DNA of 64,000 bases from Macrostomum hystrix. Taxonomy: Eukaryota; Animalia; Platyhelminthes. The stretch lies in NCBI GenBank assembly GCA_950097015.1, contig CATNEN010000025.1, forward strand, positions 4,092,001 through 4,156,000. The letters are read 5' to 3'. Shown in pieces: positions 25,542-34,409 of this stretch (position 1 is its first letter; the number at the start of each line of letters is the position of its first letter). The position numbers were made by a program, and so were the translations under genes. The notes beneath the pieces were generated by a model that saw nothing but the letters and a program-made list of their open reading frames with translations, was not told where the DNA came from and made no database searches.

Positions 25542-26981
25542 ATGTGCCGCACGCTGCTGCCTCTGGTCTGTCTCGGCAGTGTCACACTCGTGCTGCTGGC
25601 TGGTCTCGGCTGCCTGGACAATCTCGCAGCTCCGGAGAAGCCAGCCCTGCCTGACACCGTCAACTGGGGCGCCTCAACCGATGCTGCAGCGAGCAGCGAT
25701 AGCGAAGCCGTAGAAGCCGCACGGCTGACCGTCAGCAATGCAACTCTTGAAGATCTGAAGTCACGCTTGCGAGCATTCAAGTATGTCGAGCCAATCCAGG
25801 ACTCCGGCTTCGAGTACGGCTTCAATGGTGACTTCATGAAGCAGCTGGTGTCTCACTGGCTCAAGCAATATGACTGGCGACTTTGGGAAGATCGACAGAA
25901 CAACTTTCCGAATTTTTTCACCAAGATCGAAGGACTGAGAGTGCACTTCATGCATGTGAAGCCGTCTCGTAATGCAAAGAAGGTTGTGCCGCTGCTGATT
26001 CTGCATGGTTGGCCAGGATCAGTGTTCGAGTTTTATAAGCTGCTGCCTCTGCTGACCACTCCTGATGAGGACGGAATGGCGTTCGAGGTCGTCGCTCCAT
26101 CGATTCCAGGATATGCGTGGTCTGAAGCTCCGAAGAGACGCGGCTTCAATGCTGCAGCCTGTGCTCGAGTGTTCAATAAGCTCATGCTCCGGTTGGGCTT
26201 CCAGAAGTACTATATCCAAGGCGGCGACTGGGGGAGTGTAATAGGTCACGTAATCACCCGAGAATTCGGAGATCATGTTCTTGGTTTTCATACGAATATG
26301 CCCATTCAGTCGGTTCGACAACCGTCGATAATTATTCAGACGGTTTTGGGATCATTTCTCCCAGACGGTATTTTGTTCAGCAAGAGGGACGGCGATAAAA
26401 TTTTCCCATACTTTCAAAAGTTGGCTGAAATGGTTCGAGAGACAGGCTACATGCACATTCAAGGCACGCGACCGGACACTATTGGCCACGCACTGTCTGA
26501 TTCGCCAGTTGGTCTGGCGGCCTATGTTCTAGAGAAATTCAGCGTTTGGACTGACCCAAGCAATCGATTTTCAGCATCGGGAAACTTGATCGGTCCAAAG
26601 GCTGCCTTTACATTGGACGAGCTGCTTACCAACGTCATGATCTACTGGACTACTGGCTGCATTACTTCATCCATGAGGTTTTACAAGGAGGTGTTCAGCA
26701 ACAGCATGGACTCCTCCGTGGCTTATTTATCAATGCCATCGGACGTGCCTCACGGTGTGGCAAACTTTGCGCACGAGCTCGCCAGTGTGCCGGAGCGATT
26801 CGTTCGCATCGTCAATCCGAACCTGTTGCACTTTTCTGACTTTGACCGCGGCGGCCACTTTGCAGCCCTGGAGCTGCCTGGCGTGATGAACGTGGAGGTG
26901 CGCGCGTTCGTTTCAAAAGCGGAGGCTTATCATGCCAATAATAAGGAAATGCTGCCTGAGAGGAAAGGCAGCGAGCTCTGA
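25542..26981 (+). CDS. EPHX1: Microsomal epoxide hydrolase (EPHX1/JHEH family), canonical paralog, intronless, 479 aa
   Basis: HGWPGS, QGGDWGS, ETGYMHIQ, SMRFYKE, AHEL and GGHFAALE: complete triad plus both tyrosines. Confidence 0.95.
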   Translation: MCRTLLPLVCLGSVTLVLLAGLGCLDNLAAPEKPALPDTVNWGASTDAAASSDSEAVEAARLTVSNATLEDLKSRLRAFKYVEPIQDSGFEYGFNGDFMKQLVSHWLKQYDWRLWEDRQNNFPNFFTKIEGLRVHFMHVKPSRNAKKVVPLLILHGWPGSVFEFYKLLPLLTTPDEDGMAFEVVAPSIPGYAWSEAPKRRGFNAAACARVFNKLMLRLGFQKYYIQGGDWGSVIGHVITREFGDHVLGFHTNMPIQSVRQPSIIIQTVLGSFLPDGILFSKRDGDKIFPYFQKLAEMVRETGYMHIQGTRPDTIGHALSDSPVGLAAYVLEKFSVWTDPSNRFSASGNLIGPKAAFTLDELLTNVMIYWTTGCITSSMRFYKEVFSNSMDSSVAYLSMPSDVPHGVANFAHELASVPERFVRIVNPNLLHFSDFDRGGHFAALELPGVMNVEVRAFVSKAEAYHANNKEMLPERKGSEL

Positions 26982-27085
26982 TTGAAGCTGCTCTGACATC
27001 ACTGTACCAATTTAACAACTTTTATTGGATTTTACTGATTTAGAAAGACACTTAATAACTACAGAAGTATCCTACACTCGTGAAG

Positions 27086-27975
27086 TATTGCTTTTGTCGC
27101 GCTATGTGGAACAGTGGACATGCAAAACGGAACGGCCCATGGAATTCTATGGCCAAGCGTTTGAATTCACATGAGAAAGTAAGCCATAGAAAACTCAAAT
27201 TGTCATGCTATGTGGAACGATGAGCCAGAATAGAAGGAACGATTTTGGTTTTTCACAGAGACAACAACACGCTTTCATTTTCTTGGCCAAACGCAGCAAA
27301 GGTTTCAAGAATTTTTAGACCACCTAGCAGACCGCTGACATCAACTGGACCCTACCGGAAACTGGATAATTTTTATGGATGGCCCAAATTTTCATCGTAA
27401 TGTGGAGATCCGAGAGAACCATCAGGACAGAATTACGACACGAATCCTACCCCCGTATTCACCATTTCTAAACCCGACCGAATTTACTAACTCTGCGTTG
27501 AAGTCAAATCTCAAAAACAGTTTGGCGGAAGCCGGCATAGTTGCATATTTCCACCAGAAGGAGTGTTACTTGAGCAGTGGAGATTCATGCTACTTGAACG
27601 AGAGGCGACTGAAGCTGTTGGTCAAGCAATCACTGCTGACAAGTGCGCTGGCTGGGAGCCGCGCTGCAATCGATTGTTTCGATTGTGTTTGCAGCGACAT
27701 CTGTTTTAGGGGTTCAAATTTTGTAACTGATGCTTCAATTTCAGACTTATAATAAGATTCACTTGAATGCAATTCTGCTTCTGCTTGCTTTTATACTTTC
27801 TACAAATAAAAGCTAAAATCGTTCCTTCTATTCTGGCTCATCGTTCCACATAGCATGACAATTTGAGTTGTCTATGGCTTACTTTCTCATGTGAATTCAA
27901 ACGCTCGGCCATAGAATTCCATGGGCCGTTCCGTTTTGCATGTCCACTGTTCAACATAGCGCGACAAAAGCAATA
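27086..27975 (+). mobile_element. Internally deleted Tc1/IS630-type DNA transposon, ~165-bp TIRs, TA flanks, frameshifted transposase remnant
   Basis: TA|TTGCTTTTGTCGCGCTATGT... and ...ACATAGCGCGACAAAAGCAA|TA. Remnant FMDGPNFH...LPPYSPFLNPTE continues after a frameshift as LEQWRFMLLERE..ITADKCAGW, homologous to the 48-49 kb transposase. Confidence 0.9.
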
Positions 27976-28927
27976 GCTAAATAATTCTTTCCTCAGGTCA
28001 TTAGCTTTGCATTATTCAAAATTCTTCAAAGTTAGCGACAAAAAGTGCCTCGAACTCCATATGAATTACAGCAATAAAACTATCCTCTGATAAATAATAT
28101 CACGTTAACTGACCACATGAAATACTATACTATATAATACTTTCGTTTCGGAGAAATATAGGAACACTATAGTTCCTAAAAATGCTTCATTTTTTGTAAG
28201 TGAGCCTTTGTAATTCGTATTCATTGTGTTTACGAAACAAAGAAAAGTAGACTTTGAAAATTAAAAACTTAATTTTTTTAATTTTTTATGAAAGAGATCT
28301 ACCAAAAGCAAACCACGACATTCAGAATATCTTAGAGAACTATTAGTTACTTTACTAGTGTACACTACTTGCTTTAACCGTGAAACTAAGCGAGTCGCTC
28401 TTTAGTATGGCTTCACAAACCTATTTAATAATTTCTAGTGAGAAAATCTTAAAGCTTGAAGAAAACGTTCGAAAAAACAAAGCATATTGAAACAAAACAA
28501 GTGCAAAAACGAACTATCTATCTTAATAAAGGATTGCATAAAATCTTGTTAAATCTTCGCTAGTGTTTTGATGGGATCTCAGAATGTCGCAAACCAACTT
28601 GAACGCTTTGCTATTTGGCTTTTACTGAAATGTTCAACTAATAAAAATGAAACTACTGGAGGCGAGCTACGAGCTAAATACGCAATTCCTCCTTAACTGA
28701 AAAATAGAGTGGTTTGAAACATTAAAAGGAGTCTGCTATATACGCATGTTCTCGTGTTTTCTAGCAACCTTTTAGATAGAAAACACAATGGCAGGAAAAT
28801 TCACAATTTATAGAAATAGTTTATAGAAAACGACGTTTTGGATAAAATGAAACAAAAACTCAACCACATTAAACTTGTCATACATGAAGACCCTATAAAA
28901 TTTGATCAAAATCGCGATCTTTGGGAG

Positions 28928-31900
28928 TTACAGAATTCCCGTCGGTCTTAAAGACGGCCGAGGGCCCTTAGCCTCTACCAAGAGGGTCCTGAGTACGTCT
29001 AGCAGCTCTTCTCTGCTCATGCGGGCTATGGTGCAGGCCCCGTCGCATTGGTGGTTCGAGTCGCGACCGACATCCTCGCCTGTAATTTGGCCAAGTCGAG
29101 CTCGATCGTTGCGCAGCCCGATGGCCTGGTTAATGAGGTGGTGCACCACGACGTCCGGGTCGAACAGGTCCATCTTCACTCGCACCGGGCTGTTCGGCAG
29201 CCATCGTCCCAGGCTAGCAACTAAAAGTTCGCGCAACACGTCCAGAATGTTCAGCGGCGGCGACAGGGCTGAGTAGTTTTCGTACTCGTTGACGAATGAG
29301 AATCGCTCGAATTGCCAAAGGGCTCTGCTGTTGCTGTCGATTTCATCGATTGTCTTGGAGAACAGAGCGACAATGAGGCTCAGTAGCAGAATGGTAGTGA
29401 TGATGATATAAATTGGTAACAAGATGTAAGGCACGACGAATACAGCGTCAGGGTGGGGACACTCTTCACTGCTGTTTTGGCGAGCCTCGAACACTTGGGC
29501 ACATTTTTCTCCAGTCATGTGATCTAGGTGGTATTCGCCGAACATGCTGTAGAAACTGATGTGTAGCACATTTTTCACAACTTCGGTCATGGAGAGCTGA
29601 GTCGGATTGTAGGCATAGAAGCCATTTGGTAGCATTAGTGCAGTCATTAGGATGCCAAAGCCTGAGAGATAGATAAACAGGATGTAGAGGAAAGGCAACA
29701 GATCCTTGATAATCATAGTGGACATCATTGTTAGCTTGGGGCCAAAGTAGGCATTCACCCGGGCGATATTGAGTAGCTTCACCCACAACAGAAGGCAGGC
29801 CAGACCGTAGAAAAACCGGGCGCAGAACCAGACATGGTTGTCGAACAGTTCGTTGAAGGCCGCTGTGGACTCCTCCTGAAGGGCCATAGTTAGTCGCAGA
29901 ATGAAGGCAGTGATCATAAAGAGGCATGCAAATCCGTCCACAATGTTCCACTTGTTAGAGCCATACTCGTGAAAACTGTCATGCCACAATGACAGACCGA
30001 GTTCTCTTAGCTCTTCGATGACAAAACCGAAAGCGATAATATAAGCGCAAATCTCTAGCGGCGAGATAGTCCAGTTGAAGTCTAACAGAACAGTGTAGGA
30101 CATTATGAGAATCAGAGTCATGTGGCTCATTGTGAAGTAGCGAAACTTCACGCAAGGAATATGGTAGAAACAGTACAGCAGGCCAATGAAGGTCAGAAGC
30201 TTCGCCTTTACAGACTTCCTGGAGCCATAGCTTCGCTCTCCACCGAATTCGTTGTCAAACATCGCTGTCGCCGGACCAATGTCATCCCGCAGAGCGAAGC
30301 TCTCGTTACTTCCACTGCTACCCTGATTTGTTGTGTCGTTAGTCTTCTGCTTCTGCTGTTTTTGCTTCTCAACACGAGAAGTTGCTCGACCCCCATCGTA
30401 GGCGTAAAGGAGAATTGCCAGGAGGGGATTCATCGGAACGATGCCCATGACGACCGCGAATTCTCGAAGCCAAGGGTTCATCTTGCAGAGAAAGCGTTGC
30501 CAAGTGATGTCCATCGCCTTCTGGCAGACGTCCAGCCGCAGGAAGGAGTCGCACTCACTGTTTGCAGCTAAGTGGATGCAACTCAAATTTCCAAACGCAG
30601 GCATGCTTTGAAGCAGGTATTGGTAAGTTACCCACTTGTCCTCGCTCATGTCTACTTGGACAGCCTTAGTTAAAGCATCACAGGCTATGCGCTCGCATTG
30701 ATCAGCAAGATCAGTGACAGTCGGCAGGTGCAGGGCATCACTGTCAAGAATGGCTTCCAGTTTCCGAAGAATCCCAGCGCACAACACGCTAAGTGGAACG
30801 ATTTCTAGCTGGGTCTTTCTCAGGAAGGCGAGAGTTAGGTTGAGCCTGCCAGTCAGAATGCTCCACACGGCGAGAGTTTCGATTGGATTAGTGATTTTTA
30901 GAGCATCCTTACCAGATTCTCGACCGTCGTCACCACCATTGGCAGCCGTTGGGCTCATACCAATGGATTTGGCGACACGCTGGTTCACCTTACGGAGATT
31001 AAATGACTGGCGCTTGCCTCCGATTGTACCAGCACCGGATTCCATAAAACAGCTGCAGAACTGTTTGCTGATGATACTTGCGTCCCTGTTCGTATTACTG
31101 TACAGGGTGGATATATGGTCCTCTATGAACACACTAACCTTTTCCCAAAGAACACCGCATTTCATCACGTCGTTCAGCGCTCCAATATCTTCGCGAAACA
31201 GAATGTACTTTGTAGTGAAAATGGCGATAGTGTCGATGATTTCTCGATTATCTGAGAAACCATGAATGGCGCTGGTCTTCAGGGCGGCCATCATTTTCGT
31301 CTGGAACTCCATCACATCTTGCAGGTTTTCTTCGTCTATATCCAGCAGTTCTTCGACCAGTTTCAGCTCCTTCGCATGATCCCCAACGGAGTTATAGTAG
31401 CAACGACGGGTCTCCGAGTCAATCAGGGGCAACAACGTAAGGAACTCTTGAAAGCCCCGGCTCCTGTACAACTCCTGCGGCTTGGTAACCTTGGCGTCGG
31501 TCAGCACTCGATCAGTGAAGTGTAAAATCAACTCGCGAAGTGTACCGCGATTCTTACTGCTCATCATTACGTCTATAGCCGTCCGACCGTCAGTGGTCTC
31601 TAGATCGACAGTGGCGCCTCGATCAAGGAGTAGTTTCATCAGCGGGATGTTCTGGTTGGCTACCGCAATGTGCAATGGCGTCCTGCCGTCAGAATCTTGT
31701 GCATTTACCAGATCGGGCGCTGTGTTGAGCATCAGAAAGGCGTGCTCCAGTAGGTCATTGATGCAGGCTCGATGTAGCGGCGTCAGCTGGGCCTGGTCAA
31801 CTAGCTTAGCATCTGCGCCGTGGCTCAGCAGCAGCTCCAGAAGCTCTGTAGAACTGTCAGCGCAAGCTTTGTGCAGAGGATAGTCACCAATAGACATCGC

Positions 31901-32413
31901 GATATTCGGATCAGCGCCATGCTCGAGCAAGAAGGTGACGGTGCCAACCACATCGGGTCCTGACAGAGCGTAGTGAAGCGGCACATTTCCAGCCGAATTG
32001 GGCTCATTGATTTTAGCACCGAATTTAAGAGCGATCTCCAACATATTTATCTTGCTCAGTGCGGCAGTCACATCGCTGAGACGCATAGCCTCATGGATTT
32101 CCGAGTCAACGACGTCGGGAGTAACAAAGCGTTGCAAAGCTCCCATATCCTCATCCATTATGGCTTGATAAATAATTTCGGCTATGTTGGGCTCCTCCTG
32201 CACCAGCACGGGGGCTATCACGGTATCGGAGTCCACCGTCTTCTCCACCGGTTGCTCAGTGTCGGGCACAGGCGTGTCCTCCGGTGCTTGTGGCGCGATT
32301 GACTCGCGACGCTTGGTCGTCAGTCGTGTGCCGAAAAGTCGAAGGTTGCCAAAGTCAAGCTTCTTGCTTTTCTTCTTGGAGCCGAAGAAGCCTTTGGTTT
32401 GAGAGTCTTGCAT
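28928..32413 (-). CDS. TRPM: TRP channel with N-terminal ankyrin repeats and a TRPM-type MHR4/6TM/TRP-box core, single ORF, 1161 aa
   Basis: 4 canonical plus ~2 degenerate ankyrin repeats (PLHYA, PLHKA, TPLHRA, GRTPLHIA). TRPM-like motifs: AVWSILTGR, SCIHLA..CQKAMDITW, FYHIPCVKF, KWNIVD, FGPKLTMM, pore SMFGE, LLLSLIVALF and TRP box WQFERF. Confidence 0.9.
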   Translation of the reverse strand: MQDSQTKGFFGSKKKSKKLDFGNLRLFGTRLTTKRRESIAPQAPEDTPVPDTEQPVEKTVDSDTVIAPVLVQEEPNIAEIIYQAIMDEDMGALQRFVTPDVVDSEIHEAMRLSDVTAALSKINMLEIALKFGAKINEPNSAGNVPLHYALSGPDVVGTVTFLLEHGADPNIAMSIGDYPLHKACADSSTELLELLLSHGADAKLVDQAQLTPLHRACINDLLEHAFLMLNTAPDLVNAQDSDGRTPLHIAVANQNIPLMKLLLDRGATVDLETTDGRTAIDVMMSSKNRGTLRELILHFTDRVLTDAKVTKPQELYRSRGFQEFLTLLPLIDSETRRCYYNSVGDHAKELKLVEELLDIDEENLQDVMEFQTKMMAALKTSAIHGFSDNREIIDTIAIFTTKYILFREDIGALNDVMKCGVLWEKVSVFIEDHISTLYSNTNRDASIISKQFCSCFMESGAGTIGGKRQSFNLRKVNQRVAKSIGMSPTAANGGDDGRESGKDALKITNPIETLAVWSILTGRLNLTLAFLRKTQLEIVPLSVLCAGILRKLEAILDSDALHLPTVTDLADQCERIACDALTKAVQVDMSEDKWVTYQYLLQSMPAFGNLSCIHLAANSECDSFLRLDVCQKAMDITWQRFLCKMNPWLREFAVVMGIVPMNPLLAILLYAYDGGRATSRVEKQKQQKQKTNDTTNQGSSGSNESFALRDDIGPATAMFDNEFGGERSYGSRKSVKAKLLTFIGLLYCFYHIPCVKFRYFTMSHMTLILIMSYTVLLDFNWTISPLEICAYIIAFGFVIEELRELGLSLWHDSFHEYGSNKWNIVDGFACLFMITAFILRLTMALQEESTAAFNELFDNHVWFCARFFYGLACLLLWVKLLNIARVNAYFGPKLTMMSTMIIKDLLPFLYILFIYLSGFGILMTALMLPNGFYAYNPTQLSMTEVVKNVLHISFYSMFGEYHLDHMTGEKCAQVFEARQNSSEECPHPDAVFVVPYILLPIYIIITTILLLSLIVALFSKTIDEIDSNSRALWQFERFSFVNEYENYSALSPPLNILDVLRELLVASLGRWLPNSPVRVKMDLFDPDVVVHHLINQAIGLRNDRARLGQITGEDVGRDSNHQCDGACTIARMSREELLDVLRTLLVEAKGPRPSLRPTGIL

Positions 32414-34360
32414 CGTGGACTTCTGGCGGCCAGACAGCAGGTTGGATTCTGTGCAGCTGGCAGGTGTCTAGATGGTAAAGTATTTAGCAACGTATTGTGA
32501 GTCTGTACTGAGGCAATCAATTGTCAGCAGGCTCCGAAAAGTTATAAAATATGTTCGTTGAAAAAATCAGCCATGCTTTATTTGAGATATAAAGCAATCT
32601 TATCGATGTTTTAACAGCCAAAAAGCAGTTTCAGACTTAGGCACGCTGCGCATACGCCTCGATCCAATCTCTCTCAGCTTTGTCACCAAGCATGTTTACA
32701 ATTGAGCAAAAGCTTTGATAAAATTTGCATGCCTAATCATTGCGTGGCACTAGCACTAGCCAATTTTATCTTATCATAACAGACGACCTTAATTATGGTC
32801 TCAACACTCGATTTGCGCCTTAGCGAAAGCAGTTAGGCAGGTAATTTTGCGCTTGAAAAGAATATTCTCAGCGAAATGCATACAAATGAAATATTAATTA
32901 TCGGCAAGCAACTTACCGAATTTCTTAGTCTCGTGCAATTCTCTGTTGATTAAAGCATTCAATAACAGCTTTTTAGTAAGAGTTCAGAGTGATAATGAGA
33001 ATTTCCAATGCCAAGAACATACCTTATAATGTGCTATTTTATGGTCTCTAATAAGTCTACTTTATGCATGCTTTTGTATGTCTAATTTTTAAGCACCCAA
33101 CGCGTAAATGAATATTATTGGCTAGCGAATGTACATTCAAATAGCAATTCAACATTTGCACTAAAACAAGCGTCAACAGGTACATGTACCACTCTGTATG
33201 CAGTTTAGTTAGTCCATCGTTCAATGCCGTTCGATTGATCAAACAGACTGCACCATTTAAAAATGTACTATTAGTAGTTAGATATTACCTTTTGGTATTT
33301 GTTTCACTGGTACATCCAATGTCTTAACAGTGGTGTATCACACACTGTGGTGTATTTTACAACAGGTTGTGAAATTCGTTTGTTAAATTTGGAGTAAGTG
33401 GTATTTAGGGAATGTGAAGTGTTAAGCTTGCGAATTTTGGTAAATGTAAAATGTTTGGGGTTAGGAAAGTGCCCTGTACCAACACACCATAATTTAATTT
33501 TTGCACGAATCGAAGAAAATTTGTTTTAATCGTTAGAATATATTAGTTTAATACGCTTTCAATTGAAAATTTAAGCAAGGCACCATCCAGAAAGACGGCG
33601 TGTAAGCTTTGGTCCTTGCATAATGTTTACTTCTTAATTAGTCCTTAAAAATCAGAGCTAAGACATCACTACCTAGACACGAATGAGAAACCCGTTCTTG
33701 ATTACTTGGTAACCGCAGCGTAGGCAGAAATGAACCACTGCTTGTTTGATTCTTAAAAAATCAATCGATAAAAAGTAATCTGTTAAATTCATTCGTGCAC
33801 TATAACTTGCCAGACTTTGCTGTAATAATTTTTGAATTAATTGACAGAGTTCAGGGCGAAAGAAGACAGACTGCAGATTGGTCTCATATTTTCCTACAGG
33901 CTCTTAGAAAAGCCACCTCGGTCCAATTTGTCCTTCCCCCGATCTCAGACTGTCCGGGCTGGCCGAGGTTCCGGGCTCGGAGTATAGCCCAGCCACAGGC
34001 TGGAATATTAATCAAAAACTTGGCCAGCTCCGGCCAAAAGTTCGTCTGTAATTATACCATCGCAATAATCAGCCTCTTGAGTCCGCCCTGCAGCCTTCTC
34101 TCTCTTCTTCTCTCTATCCTATCTGCCTTCTACATCCCTTCAGCCATTGCTGGCCTCCGAATTGAATTCAATTTCAAAGCTATAGGAAGAGGAGAGCGCG
34201 GAGTAGCGAGGGCCGAGCAGCTAACGGAATTGGAAAAGCCGATAGTTCCTTCTAAAATATGCTGCGGCAACCAAGGCTGCAACTCCACTCGCCTGCCAAA
34301 AACGAGGGCGCTTCGAGGGGCTTGGGTCCGCGGCTATTCTTAGAAAAGACAGTCCTGCAT

Positions 34361-34361
<1 letters not shown>

Positions 34362-34407
<46 letters not shown>
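34362..34407. repeat. (GT)n microsatellite, ~23 units
   Basis: Directly visible. Confidence 0.97.
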
Positions 34408-34409
<2 letters not shown>

